From positions 124,001 through 188,000 of the forward strand of contig AP026142.1 of assembly GCA_030295235.1 (NCBI GenBank): 64,000 bases of DNA. The letters are read 5' to 3'. This DNA comes from Fistulifera solaris (Eukaryota). Of this stretch, positions 46,799-60,068 are shown in pieces. Position numbers and translations under genes: made by a program. The notes below the pieces were generated by a model. It was given only the letters and a program-made list of their open reading frames with translations, was not told where the DNA came from and searched no databases. The stretch's first letter is position 1. Each line of letters begins with the position of its first letter.

Positions 46799-47257
46799 GG
46801 CTGGGTCGGGAAGATTATGTTTCGAAAACGAGAAGGAAAAAGGAGAAAACAGACGGTGAGGTGCAACTTCGTTTCACGTTTCGATTCGGCATCCGACGGA
46901 CGAGTGCAAGACGACTTGAATCGACCGCACCGGCATGGCGGGCGCGCAGTAAGTGTCCTACGGAAGATCGAGAGTAACACTTGTCTTTATTTAGAGTCAC
47001 AAATGTCTTAGTCAGTTAAGTCAAACTCTTATTCTATATCAATGCTGTATATGTATATTCAATGAATTCCTATCGAGGATGGCGCGCCTTCCTCCGTGCA
47101 AAAATTTTTCTACACATCAACGTCGTTGGTCTCTCACGTCCACAATCCACAATCCTTTTTTTTTGATCAACAAAGATCTTTCACAAGAAAAAGGATACAA
47201 AGACAAATATCATTCATTCAACAAGTCAATAAAACACCCGTTGACTTATATCTCATC

Positions 47258-50200
47258 ATGGCCAGCAGTGACGAAGAAATGTACGATACTTCGTTCGACG
47301 AAGACGCCGAGAACATCAAGCCGACGGTCGTGAAGAAGAATCCCGCCGGAAAAAAAGACGGTCGAAGAGATTTATCAGAAAAAGACGCAATTGGAGCATA
47401 TTCTCGCTCGTCCGGATACCTACAGTACGTACGAACCGTGTAATATCGTCTCAGAATCATCAAAACAACACACTCACTTTCTTCTCTTTAGTTGGATCGA
47501 CGGAACCGCAAACGCAGACCATGTACGTGTTGCAGGGTGAACGCATTGTGGAACGAGAAATTACCTACACACCGGGATTGTACAAAATCTTTGATGAGAT
47601 TGTGGTAAACGCCGCCGATAACAAACAGCGCGACCCCAACATGGACAAGATGGAGATTCATATCGATGCCGCTACCAATCAAGTGTCCGTTCTCAACAAT
47701 GGGGCGGGAATCCCGATTGTGATGCACAAGGAACATAACTGTTACGTTCCGACTCTTATTTTCGGGCACTTGTTGACGGGATCGAACTTTGATGATGACG
47801 AGAAAAAAGACGACGGGAGGACGCAACGGGTACGGTGCTAAATTGGCAAATGTGTTTAGTACACAGTTCATCGTCGAGTGTGCGCACGTCGAGACGGGAT
47901 TGTATTTCCGTCAAGTCTTTCGCAACAATATGAGTCAAGCAGAAGCACCGACCGTCCAAAAGTTGACCAAGGCTCAAGAAAAACAGGGTGATTTTGTCAA
48001 AATTACCTTTTCACCTGATCTCGCCAAGTTCAAAATGACGCATCTGGACCCAGATACCGTGGGTTTGTTTGCGAAGCGCGCCTACGATATTGCCGGTGCC
48101 ATGTCGAGTGCGCACGGCAAGAAACTCAATGTTTCGTTGAATGGAAACAAGCTCGCCATTAAGAATTTCAAGGATTATCTCGAGATCTTTGAAGGGATTG
48201 AAAAGCCCGTGGCGTACGAAAAGAATGAACGCTGGGAAGTTGGTGTCGGACCATCGCCGGATCAAACCCCCAAACAAATTTCGTTTGTCAACTCGATTTG
48301 TACCTCGAAAGGTGGTCAGCATGTTTCGTACATCGCGGATCAAGTCGCCGCGCATTTGCAAAAAGTGCTCAAAAAGAAAAACAAGGGCACCGAGTTCAAG
48401 CCCGCACAAATCAAAAACAACATGATGATCTTTGTCAATTGTTTGATTGAGAATCCGGCGTTTGATAGTCAGACCAAGGAATTCATGACGACGCGCCCGA
48501 AACAATTTGGCTCGGAATTCAAAGTGTCAGAGAAATTCTTGAAAGCTGTCGAAAAAAGTGAAATCGTGGACATGATTTTGATTCAGAATGAAAAGAAAGA
48601 AGCCGTCAAGTTGAAGCGCAAGGGTGGTGTCAAAAGAGCAAATTGACAGGCATTCCCAAATTGGACGATGCCAACCATGCGGGTACGGCCAAATCGAGGG
48701 ATTGCACTCTCATTATTACCGAAGGTGACTCGGCCAAGTCGTTGGCCATGTCGGGACTTTCGGTGGTGGGACGTGACTATTATGGGGTCTTTCCCTTGCG
48801 CGGGAAATTGTTGAATGTCCGCGATGTCACTAAAACCGTGGTTGGCAAGAATGTGGAAATTCAGCATCTGGTGGATATTTTGGGTCTCAAGTACGAAACC
48901 GTGTACGACGAGAACAGCATCAAAACGCTCCGCTACGGACATCTCATGATTATGACGGATCAGGATGTGGATGGATCGCACATCAAGGGTCTGGTCATTA
49001 ACTTTATTCACAGTACGTTGTTGTTCGATTGTGTTTGATGTGTTGGCGAACGTCATACTCACTCCTTACTGTTTGGACAGAGTTCTGGCCGAGTTTGCTC
49101 AACATTCCGGGCTTTTTGCAACAATTTATTACACCGATTGTCAAAGTCTCCAAGGGAAAGAAATCGCAGGCGTTTTACAACTTGCGTGAGTACGAGAATT
49201 GGATGAAAGCGACGGGCAATAATGGCAAAGGATACACCATCAAGTACTACAAAGGTCTCGGAACTTCTACCAGCGCGGAAGCCAAAGAGTATTTCTCGAA
49301 TCTGCCGCAGCACAAGATCTGGTTTCAGGAAATGAAGAAAGACGAGGGTATTGAGATGGACGACTCCGATGACGCGATGGAAGAAGTCCTGCCTGATGTC
49401 CTGCGCTCCAGTGGCTCCGATCTGATTGACATGGTGTTCCGTAAGGATCGTGTCGAAGAACGTAAGACGTGGTTGATGGCTGTCGACCGTGAATCATACT
49501 TGGACTTCTCCGTGGCATCGAACAAGGGTGGTGTCAAGTACTCGGAATTCATCAACAAGGAGTACTGCCACTTTTTCTTTGTACGACAATGAACGTTCCA
49601 TTCCTTGTCTCGTGGACGGATTCAAGCCTTCGCAACGAAAGGTCTTGTATGCATGCTTCAAGCGCAAGCTGAAAGGTGAAGTCAAAGTGGCCCAGCTGAC
49701 TGGTTACATTGCCGAGCATTCCGCGTATCACCACGGTGAAGCATCTTTACAGGGAACGATTGTGAACATGGCTCAAGACTTTGTTGGGTCCAACAATATT
49801 AATTTGTTGACACCAGCCGGTCAATTTGGTACGCGTTTGATGGGCGGCAAGGATGCCGCTTCGCCTCGTTACATTTTCACGCGACTTGAGCCGATTACAC
49901 GCACCATTTTCCATCCCGACGACGATGAGTTGCTCAACTACCGTTTGGACGATGGCATGACCATTGAACCAGACTTTTACGTTCCTGTCATTCCCATGGT
50001 TCTAGTGAACGGTGCGGATGGTATTGGAACTGGCTGGTCCACGAATGTTGCGAACTACAATCCCCGTGATATCATCGACAACCTTCGCCGATACATTGCC
50101 GGAGAAGAAATGGAAGAGATGGCTCCATTCTACAGCGGCTTTTCTGGCGAGGTAGGTGCTCGTTGTATCGGATGAAATTCAGCTGCCGCTTCATGTCTAA

Positions 50201-51912
50201 GTCTGACCATTATTATTTGTATTTGGATCAACCAGATTGCCCCAAAAGGAACGAATGGCTATGAAGTTCGTGGCAAGATTGAACGCATTGACGATGCCAC
50301 GATCTTGATCACTGAGCTGCCAGTAAAGAAATGGACCCAAGACTACAAGGTGTTCGTTGAGGGATTACTCACAGGAGACGGGAAGACGCCCGCTGAGATC
50401 AAGGACTTCCGAGAAAACCACACCGACACGACTGTCTCATTCACCATCATCGCCGAGAAGGCTATGATTGACAAATGGGAGTCTGAGAAGGGCGGCTTAA
50501 TGAACAAGTTCAAGCTAACGGCAAGCCTTTCCACAAACAACATGAACCTGTTCGACGAGAATGGCAAAATCACCAAGTACGAAAGTCCTCTGAGTATTAT
50601 GCGTGCATTCGTGCCTATCCGCCTCGAGTACTATGAGAAACGCAAGGAAAATCTTGTAAGCAAACTCGAAGAAGAACGAAAGATTCTATCGAACAAAGCA
50701 CGGTTTGTAGAGGAAGTGTGCTCTGGCAAGCTTGTTGTCAGTAATCGCAAGCGCAACGACATTCTCAACAACTTGAAGGCCAGCGGATATGACCTGGTGT
50801 TGAAATACGCTGCACCAAAGGACGACGAAGATTCTCAAGATGAAGAAGTCGAGGAGGAATCCACTGTCGGTGAATTGGCTAAGGGCTACGAATATCTCTT
50901 GGGAATGAAAATTTGGAGCTTGACTTATGAAAAGGCCGAAGCGTTGCGGGCGCAACTTGCCGAGAAGACCCAGGAACTCGAAATCCTGAAGAAAACCGCA
51001 CCTGCTCAGATCTGGTCGAACGATCTCGACGCCATTGAAGCCGCTCTTGACGAACGAGATGGAGAGATCAGCAAGGCTTTAGCCACGGAGAAGAAAGCAC
51101 AGCAGAAAAGCCGACAGATTCAAGCGAAAGCTGTTAAGAAGTCCGCTGCAAAAGCCAAGGGAGTCTCCAAGAAGGATGATTGGGATTCGGATATGGAAAG
51201 TTCCGATGACGAGATTGCCGAGTCCGACTCTGATGTCGAGATGGTGCAGCCGAAGAAGCTTTCTAGGCCGGTGACTGCTGCAAAGAAGCCAGCCGCTTCA
51301 TTGAAGCAAACGAAGATCTCAGGTGCTCTTCTCTCGAAGCCATCAGCTCCAGTGCAAGAAGAGACTGTTCCAGTTGCCGCTGCACCCAAGAAAAGTATTC
51401 TTGACAACGATAGCGATGACGACTTAGTAACACTTTCCCTAGCAGAGCGCATGGCGAAAAAACTTACTGTCTCTCCACCGAAAAAATCTAGTGCGCCCTC
51501 CCAAATGAAAGTTGCGACGAAGCCTTCGGTGCTGGAAATCGAAAAGGTGGAAAATAAGCCAGATAGTCCACTTGCCCACCTTGATGATATGAAACAACGT
51601 CCTTCGGTCCCAAAGATTACTAAGGTGGTGCAAGTTTCCAAGAAGCAGGAGACTGCATTGAAACCACACAATCGTCCGACAAAGAGCGCTGCACCGGCGA
51701 AAAAGCCCGCCGTCACCAAGAAAGCTGCTCCCAAACGCAAGGTTGTCGAGAGTGATGATTCGGAATCGGAAGATGATTTTGCTTTTGATGAATCGGACGA
51801 GGAAGTTGTTGTGGAAAAAGTGAATGCGGCACCAGCGGCCCGCAACCGTCGGGCTCGTCCGGCGGTGACCTACCAAGTCGACAGCGATGACGATGATGAG
51901 AGCTTTGCTTAG
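47258..51912 (+). CDS. TOP2: DNA topoisomerase II
   Basis: RPDTY|IGS, KIFDEIVVNAADN, GGRNGYGAKL, LIITEGDSA, PLRGKLLNV, IMTDQDVDGSHIKGL, YYKGLGTS, catalytic ASPRYIFT, acidic/basic tail. Introns 47425-47491, 49013-49080 and 50152-50235; frameshifts near 47352, 47805, 48634 and 49573. Confidence 0.97.
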
Positions 51913-52385
51913 AACTGATAGTGCTGAACGAAGAAATACCTAGTTTTTACTTCGTGACGAATCAGAAACGAAATAGCTTAGTGAAGAACATTGAAGCATA
52001 TGGTATTTTTTTTGATTTCTAATGGGTATCTCCGTGACAACTTGTGAAGAGATAGTTTTCTTATTGGCTTGGCTTAGTTAGTGAGTGAATATCGATTATC
52101 GATAGCGTTTTATCGAAAGCTGGAATGGCGGAGAAGCGGAACGAAATGCCCGCTGACGTCGCATTCGTCAAAGTCACGCACAACTTCTCCACGATTGGTT
52201 TTCATTCGTACCGGTACTCTTTGGTACAGCCACGACGATACAGCAGACAGCAGCATCATCACGCTCTGCTGTTGCTGCTGCTGCTTTTCGCCATTTGCGG
52301 CAGTGCGTTCACACCACAAGATTTGCTAAAAACAGCAAAAACAAACTCGTTTATAACCTTTTCGAATCACTTTTACATTTTAACA

Positions 52386-53017
52386 ATGGCAGTAAGTAGA
52401 TAGTAATTGATGTGTGTTGGATCGCAGCTGTACGACAAGGTGCAGCGGAACATGCGGGAACTTTAGATTCGTGTCATCGGCATTCGTGCCCATCCGTTAC
52501 AGTTGTTAGCTTTACCTTTGGCTTATCCCCCGCAATTCTCTCATTTACCCCTCTCTCTCTTTCTTTCTTGTAGCGTTCTCGTCGTGGAGGAAGTAGTGGC
52601 ATGAGCCGTTCGGCGGCTCCCAGTCGTCCGGCCTATTCCAAACCGGCAACTCCGGCTCCAGCTCCTTCTTCGGTCCCCGCTCCCATGCAGCAAAGCAGTG
52701 GTGGTGGTGGCATGCTTGCCGGCATCGGTAGCACCATTGCTCAAGGTATGGCGTTCGGTACCGGTTCCGCGATTGCACACCGTGCCGTCGGTGCCGTCGC
52801 GGGCAGTTTTGGTGGCAACAGCAGCAATGAAGCCGCCGCTCCTGTGCAACAACAACCACAGCCGATGTCGCAGCAGCCGATGCAAGGGGGTGTTTGCGCC
52901 ATGGACAAGCAAATGTTCTTTGATTGTTTGCAGCAAAGCAAGGGTGATCAAGAGTCGTGCCGTTTCTTGTACGATCAACTTCAGCAATGCCAACAAAATC
53001 AGACTCAATTTGGTTGA
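52386..53017 (+). CDS. CHCHD2: CHCHD2/CHCHD10 (Mix17)-like mitochondrial twin-CX9C protein
   Basis: Mini exon ATGGCA (52386-52391), intron 52392-52573, then RSRRGG...GSTIAQGMAFGTGSAIAHRAV and the twin CX9C motifs CAMDKQMFFDC / CRFLYDQLQQC. Confidence 0.9.
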
Positions 53018-53168
53018 GGAGTTGTGACTGCGTAGTAGTCGTAGTAGAGAGAGACCCATTATTTTAGGATTAGAAGAATGTGTTGAGCATCTATTTGTCA
53101 ATCATTATTGTTTTGAATACTGGTAGTGCACCCCAAAATAAAAAAAAACCAAAATTGTTATTTCGTTA

Positions 53169-54048
53169 TTACATGGCAAACATGCGCATACTCGTTCGTT
53201 CTACGGGCAAAATCGATCTCCGTTCCGGATCTCGCGTCGGATCGATGGAGTTTCGCCTTGCTCGATTCTCCTCCTGAACATCCAGTATTTCTGGGTGCGT
53301 TCGTTCACCGAAATACCGCGCCAAATAGTCATCATACATTTGGTAACATATTTCTTTGGGCCCTGGACCAAATTGCCCCGGATGCGCTCTACGAAGCAAA
53401 TGGACTTCATAGGCCAACCAGGCACCCGCCATTCCAGCCGCCACGAAACTGGCCGCAAAAAAGACATTGGTCCAAATATTGCCCGGAACCGTATTTTGTT
53501 GTTCAAAGGAATGATAGACAATCCGAGTGATTTGATTCGCAAATTGCGTCACACAATTCAGTAATAACAAGAGAATGATTCCCAATCGTTTTGGGAGAGG
53601 AATATGAAACCAAGCGTCGTTGGTGACAGGAATTCCGTACAAATCGTGGCCGACGGCGTTACGGCGATACGGACAACTCGCTTTTGTAATATGCAAAAAT
53701 GCGTCGATCGCCACGGCATCGACACCAAAGCCATGTACGTGAACAAGACATTGAGTATTTGAATAGATGCATTGTACCACCAATTGCGTGGTTCACAATC
53801 CATACGGGGTTGACACATGCCATGCCAACCCACCAGGAGGAAGAAAAAGAAAGCGCCGTCAATGATGACCAAGAAAATGACCACAATACCCAGTATTTGA
53901 AAAAGGGATGATCCAAATGTCGTAAGAGGGCATCGCGGAATTGTTCGCCGCGTGATACAGGAGGAATGAGTTTGTTGAAAGAATCGCCGTCGTCTTGCGA
54001 AGCAATTTCCGAGGATAGTGTTTCGGGTTCTTCGGGTGGTTGTGTCAT
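53169..54048 (-). CDS. Multi-pass membrane protein, possibly DUF2985-like; two frameshifts
   Basis: Three overlapping ORFs give ...VIFLVIIDGAFFFFLLVGW...NWWYNASIQILNVLFTY...MPWR...LGIILLLLLNCVTQ...IWTNVFFAASFV. The W....QILN.LF....P.R motif recalls DUF2985 (family call tentative). Confidence 0.7.
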
Positions 54049-54872
54049 GATACGTTTAATATCCGTCAAGAGAAAGACTTGTAGACAAGGCTAGACGCAG
54101 CTAATGCTGTTGCGCTGAACAGAAAGAGAGTCAAAGCCTTGCCAGGACACTACTCTAGGTTCGCTGGAATAGGAAAACAAAATGCAATTCCTGCTGCAAC
54201 ACAACAATGTCATTGTCATGCGATAGCGCTATGTTAGAAAATCGAGAACCTGGGAAAGCGGTGCGACATCAAAACCTTGGAAATTTAAAAATGTGCAATT
54301 TATATCAATATTTATGCTCTTATTTTGCTATTTTTTATTTGATGTCACGAAGTTTATTCTCGTTTTTCTTTGATTTTCGGACAATAGCGTGAAGAACGAC
54401 TGCATTTTCTGGTCATTTGCATGCGTCGTTTTGAAGTTCACCGGATGATAAGGTCTTAACAGCTTTATGTGTGTTCTCTTACTATCAGAATTTCCTGTAC
54501 TAGAGCTTCCCAATGGGATTTAGCCTTTGAGCTTACTATTTTGATTCATGTACGAACTTTCTTTGAAAAGTCTCTGTGACCCTAAGGAGACAATAAGGAT
54601 AGGAGGAAGGAAAATATTTTATGACCAGATGGCCGATTTTGCCAATACTCGAAGTACTTATCAGTTTCCGACTACACTTACCGAAGAATAAAAATGATAA
54701 TTATCCAAATGACCCTCCAGGGCCTTCTGTACGTTCAACCACCGATCAAACGTCAAAAGTGCCCTGCGAAACGGACGCCATCGCGGCGCGGAAAAAGGCG
54801 TTGACCTACCAAGGATTGCAACAACCACATGACAAAGCGTTTTCCTGTTATTCTTTTCGCTTGCTAGCAAAC

Positions 54873-55431
54873 ATGACAACCATTCCTTGGGATACACATC
54901 CCCAAGTGTATTCGTCGCCTTATGTTACCTCACGGAAAGAGAGCGGAAGAGTGAATCGACTGGATCCGGATGACAGGATAGCGAGACCCGGAAGGCGCGT
55001 CAATTTCAGCTCCATTATCAAAACCGACTTTACCACACACTTCATAACCGATGAAGAAGGACAAGCTATCTGGTATAGTTCCAAAGAATTGCGCGAATTG
55101 TCTTCTCAAGATCGAGATTTAGTATTGACCGCCAAGCAACTCGGACACGCCGAAAACGACGAAGAATTTTGTCTTCGTGGATTGGAAACCATACTGTCTC
55201 GTCGGGCGGCGCTCGAGCAACGGTCCCGACGTGTTTCCATTGTCAAGGCTGTATTATTTGAACAAAGTGACGGTGATCCGGCCCAAATTCGAAAAAAAGT
55301 CGTTGGCCATTTCCAAAGAAGCTCGGCATTTGGCGACCTTGCATGGTCAACAAGATGCGGAAGCTGTATCGGTAGCTGCTTCCAACGCATCGATTGTGAT
55401 TGATCACAAGACACGGACTATTTGTCTGTGA
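54873..55431 (+). CDS. Hypothetical protein with RRV.F...WYS..E...C.RGLE motif; frameshift near 55293
   Basis: RRVNFSS...AIWYSSKEL...EFCLRGLE...VKAVLFEQ, continuing KKSLAISKEARHLATLHGQQDA in a second frame. Motif recalled from diatom hypothetical proteins. Confidence 0.7.
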
Positions 55432-55566
55432 TGTACAGCTCCTGTCTCCAACATGTATTTTTTTCACGCTCATAACTAGTACGCCGACCCGCTTGTATCG
55501 ATATTCGGAGCTCTGGCTTTCTGTACATTACACAACTTTAAAGTTATGCTAAATGTTTTGTTGTTA

Positions 55567-56206
55567 TTAGTAATAGATTCGTTCCGACGGTTCTTGCGAG
55601 TGATAGAGACGATCTCGTGCTTTCAACAAGTCGATGATGTACGGAATGTAATCACGGTCATTCGATAGATCGGAGGAATCATCTTGCCAGCAGCACAGCA
55701 AAGGATACTCGGTGCGCTCGATGAGCCACGAAGTGGGTAGCCGCCACGATGGAGCGTGTCGTTTGGTGACGATGCGAACATCGAGTGAATCATATGATTG
55801 ATATCCCGACGGAACGGCGACTTGATGGGTTTCCTCCAAATGTCGTATTACGGGATGGAGTATAGCCGTATCGTCTTCGGTCAGGCCACGCACGTGTCCC
55901 CATGGCGGTACCGGAATGAGATTGTACGGCTCACATCGAAAACTACTGCACGGAACGTGATGTTTTAACAGCGAGGCACCACTCGGAAGGAAACTGGGAC
56001 GTTGCATCGGTGCCATGAGTATGATCCGGGCATTGTGGCGTCGTCGCGATCCTTCGTGAAAAGATTCAATGGTCAATTGTCCGCACCACACGGGCCATTC
56101 GAATTGACCCTCCTGGGAATACTGAGTAAGACTTTCGCGCAAAAAGTCACAAACGGCCAAATTTTCGGAAAGATATCGTATTCGTCGTGTTACAGGATGG
56201 GTGGAA

Positions 56207-56257
<51 letters not shown>

Positions 56258-56538
56258 TCATCTTCATCTGTCGGTAGGCGGGCAATTGACCGTATCCACG
56301 CGGTGGCACCGCTCAAATGGGGTTGGTTCGTTTCGTGAGCTTGAATACGACATGCCATGCCGGTCAGTCGTCGCGTCACGACATTTTCGATCCCAAACTT
56401 AATCGGAACGAAAAGATCCGGATAGCCGCCGGTTGCCAATAGCAGCGTCGATAAGGATTTTCCGTCACAAAATTCCAATATTGGCTCGAGAACATCGTGA
56501 GGCAATCTTGGGAAAGAAACCTGGGCTAATGCCGCCAT
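55567..56538 (-). CDS. Uncharacterised protein with N-terminal F-box-like motif and poly-Ser tract
   Basis: FPRLPHDVLEPILEFCDGKSLSTL resembles an F-box; intact 323-codon ORF. Confidence 0.7.
56207..56254. repeat. (GAT)16 microsatellite encoding poly-Ser on the minus strand
   Basis: Perfect GAT run at 56207-56254. Confidence 0.95.
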
Positions 56539-56833
56539 CCTCGAAGGAAGTCAGTTGGGGGTCGTTGTTGATAGAAAAGCAAGAAGAGTAACTAAAATGA
56601 AGAAAGAGTTCACAAGCAATTCTGAAAGAGCAATTAACGTGTGCTTCCTTTTCTCTTTTGTTGTTTAATGGGAAAGAATGAGGAACACCGATGGCGCTCC
56701 GGTTTTAAAGTCAGTGTAGAGTGCAGAGTAGATGCACCGTATCACCCTGTGTGTACGCGACTGACGTGCCGGCTAGCGTCGTGATGATCTACCAGTAGCC
56801 TCATAATATCAAGTAGCCAGACCTATGATTAGA

Positions 56834-57919
56834 TTAAACTCTTCTAAACCTTAAAAAAATAAGCCATTCAAGGATGAGACGCAAGGACGTAGGTCGTTCC
56901 CACGACACTTGATTGGTCACCGTGTTCCAGTAATAATCTTTTCCACGCAACGTAATATTCTTCGCCCACGGCTCGGGCAAGACATCTTCCGGATGCACCG
57001 GATTTTCTTCCATCACATTCCCCTGTTCATCGAGTAGATTGGAAAAATCCGGCAAATTCACCCAAGCCACGCGTCCTTGCTGATAATACTCGTTCGGCCA
57101 GTGCAACATAATATTTTGATAGTTGGATTCCACGTACCACGCCAATCGATTCAAATGATCCGTCCGGTGCTCGGCTTCTTCGTCACGGACCAAGACATGT
57201 TGCCAAATGACTTTGCGCAATTCTTTCAAACGTTCTTCGGGTTTGTTGAGAAATTCCGTAAAGGCGTGGTCGTAATGTGTCAAATGCAAAAAGGTGTATT
57301 GCTGGACTTTGAGTAAACTCCGATTTTCCAACAATGGTGTCACACCTTCGCCCCGAATCCGACACAAGGTATCTTCCCATAAAATGTTGAATAATTCTTC
57401 TTGTATCATGAGCGCCCGATCGCGATCGGTATCATCATGAATCAATCGTTTGTGCAAGAACCATACGTGCATGGTCAGTAGAGCGTGTCGGGATCGAAAG
57501 TCACGAGCAATCCGACCGGGACCGAACCAGCGTCTGCAAAAAGAAGAGGTATGTGTGAGAGAGAGAAAGAGAGAAGCTCTTTTTTCGAACGAAAGAACGA
57601 ATCATTGTTCAAACGACGAAAAGAACGACTCACGGATCACTGGCTTGACGTGTCGCGGCCAAATAAAACAATTCGGCAATCCGAATACGATCACGTTGAC
57701 TCGTCGGAGAATAGCGTTCGAAGAATCGTGTGAAAAAGCTCTTTTGATTGGAAGAAGCATTCGGGTCCGCGGGGGTGGTGTCGGGAGGATCGGTGGTAAC
57801 AATGTCGGTACGTTGCTGTATTCTCGTACTACCGATGTCATCACACGTACATTGCCGCGTAACGCCACATTGCGGGAAACATTGCGGGTGTATAAAAGTA
57901 CTTTTGTTGCTGGTATCAT
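56834..57919 (-). CDS. CBP3: Ubiquinol-cytochrome c reductase chaperone (Cbp3/UQCC1) with C-terminal WW-like domain
   Basis: Arg-rich mitochondrial-type N-terminus; intron 57534-57633; DFRSRHALLTMHVWFLHKRL...IQEELFNILWED..RIRGEGV...HYDHA..L...IWQHV fits Cbp3; tail LPEPWAKNITLRGKDYYWNTVTNQVSWERP. At least one frameshift in exon 1. Confidence 0.82.
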
Positions 57920-58383
57920 TGTTGCAGTAATTCGCTAGATGAACGAGAAATGGCAGTGATGATTTGATTCGTACCCTTGCTTCTGTATTATTGTACGTGT
58001 ACTGTATTGGAGGCGAAGGATGGCGACGAATAAGAATGATCGATGCGCGCGTTTTGTTTTTCCGCTACGAGCGAAGGTCAGAAATTGAGTCCCGTTCTGC
58101 TGACTCACAACTCACAATGTGAAATATGAGTAGTCATTTCTTCACGTTTTATACCTAATCGATCGATACGCCTTCATCCACGTCACATCAACGCACTGCG
58201 AAACTCATTGACGCGTTTTTCCCACAATTGTTTTCGTCGTTTCTTGACTTTTGTAAGTAACAGCAATAGAAAGGTAAACGCGAACAATCGTGTGAGAGCA
58301 ACAGCTCTTGTTCCCTTCTTTTATACACATTCCTCTCCAAAGACTTTTACTAGCCTTTTCTTCATCAACTCTTTCACACAATT

Positions 58384-58794
58384 ATGAACCGTTTTCTGCC
58401 ATTCCTCTTGGCTCTCCTCTGTTGGACCAGCCATGCGTTCACGACAGCACCCACAAAGAGTCTGCATCGCGCCACTGCTACTACCACTACCGAACTCTAC
58501 TTCTTTGGGCAACCGAAAGATGACGGCAGTCCGGGAGATTATGTGTGCAAGGTACGTAGTCCGAAATTCGGTTGGTGATTATTGAAGTGTCTTCCGCTCA
58601 CTTTTTCTTTCCTTCAAAACAAATAATAGGACTGTGGCTATGTCTTTACCAAAGGACCCCAGGCGTGGGCCGCGTTGGATGATCGAACGTACAAATGTCC
58701 TCCGTGTGGGGCCCCGAAATTTCGTTTCAAAAAAGTTCCGAAAGGTTCGGCTTCGGGAAAAGTCGAAGTCAAGAAGAGTTGGTTTGGAAAATAG
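58384..58794 (+). CDS. Plastid-targeted rubredoxin-like protein (second exon missed by the ORF track)
   Basis: MNRFLPFLLALLCWTSHAFTT...DYVCK, intron 58552-58629, DCGYVFTKGPQAWAALDDRTYKCPPCGAPKFRFKK...KSWFGK*. Two CxxC knuckles. Confidence 0.9.
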
Positions 58795-58973
58795 ATACTT
58801 TGTAAAAGAAAAAAAATGAAGTGATTTTGCTATGATACAAATGAGTCCATGTTGGAACAACAAAAATTACATCACATTGCATCCTGGCGCTAATTCGTAT
58901 CTGTTTGCTTTCTATCTTTATTATAAAATAAAAAAAATGTAATCCGCATCTGACTCATCTCATTGCAATCCAT

Positions 58974-60068
58974 TTACCGAGAGGATCGGACCACTTCACG
59001 GATGGCTTCGAGATTTCGCGTTTCATCCGGCAGATAGTACTTTTCAAAAACCAGCGGAAATGGTGTATCAAAGCCACAGACGCGCTTGATGGGAGCTTCC
59101 AGTGCCCAAAAACACCGCTCTTGGAGTTCGGCTACCACTTCGGCTCCAAAACCACAGGTGATGGGTGCTTCGTGACTTACCACCAGTTTCCCCGTCTTGA
59201 GTACCGACTGTTCCACGGCTTTGGCGTCCCAAGGGAGAATGGTCTGTAAATCAATCAGCTCGCAGTCAATGCCATCCATCTCCTTCGCCAAATCGCAGGC
59301 TTTCTGCAATCGTTGAATTTGTGCACCCCATCCTACCAGAGTCACATCACTACCTTCACGTAATATACGTGCCTTTCCCAATTCGACTTCATAATCTCCC
59401 AAAGGCACTGACTCGACAGCCGAGCGATACAACGCTTTCGGTTCCAAGAAAATGACCGGGTCTTTCGAACGAATCGACGCCAGCAACAATCCTTTTGCGG
59501 CTTTCGGACTACTCGGCATGACGACCGTCAATCCGGCCGTGTGTGCCAAATAGGCTTCCGGTGACTGCGAATGATAGTGTCCCCCGTGTCCGACGGCCCC
59601 CGCCGGCATGCGCAACGTCGCGCCTCCGGCCTGCCACTGATTACCACTGCGGTAGCGAAATTTCGCCATTTCGTTGACGAGTTGATCCATGGCCGGATAG
59701 ATGTAATCCGCAAATTGAATTTCACCAATCGCCGTTCCACCAGTCGCCGCATATCCTATCGCAAAGCCGGCAATGCCATTTTCGGAAATGGGGGTATTGA
59801 ACACGCGGTCCTTGCCGAAGCGTTCTTGGAGACCTTGCGAACAGCGAAAGACACCGCCGAATGCAACGTCTTCGCCGAATACAATTGCTGTAGGATCCGT
59901 TTCGAGAGCTATCTTCATGGCGTCATTGACGGCTTGAAACATGTTCATTTGCTGCTGTGCGGATGTTGCGGACATCACGGCTGGGTCACTCGCAGTTGCC
60001 AAGTGCGACTGAGGGCGTCGAGCCGTCAACCAACTCCGTCTTCGCAGCGAATGAAGAAGTATCTTCAT
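58974..60068 (-). CDS. BCKDHB: Branched-chain alpha-keto acid dehydrogenase E1 beta subunit, mitochondrial
   Basis: [74 protein letters not shown]. Transit peptide [13 protein letters not shown]. Confidence 0.95.
   Translation of the reverse strand: MKILLHSLRRRSWLTARRPQSHLATASDPAVMSATSAQQQMNMFQAVNDAMKIALETDPTAIVFGEDVAFGGVFRCSQGLQERFGKDRVFNTPISENGIAGFAIGYAATGGTAIGEIQFADYIYPAMDQLVNEMAKFRYRSGNQWQAGGATLRMPAGAVGHGGHYHSQSPEAYLAHTAGLTVVMPSSPKAAKGLLLASIRSKDPVIFLEPKALYRSAVESVPLGDYEVELGKARILREGSDVTLVGWGAQIQRLQKACDLAKEMDGIDCELIDLQTILPWDAKAVEQSVLKTGKLVVSHEAPITCGFGAEVVAELQERCFWALEAPIKRVCGFDTPFPLVFEKYYLPDETRNLEAIREVVRSSR

Noticed and set aside
56187..56402. Poly-Met ORF on the plus strand
   Set aside because: Artefact of the (GAT)16 repeat; the real frame is poly-Ser on the minus strand.
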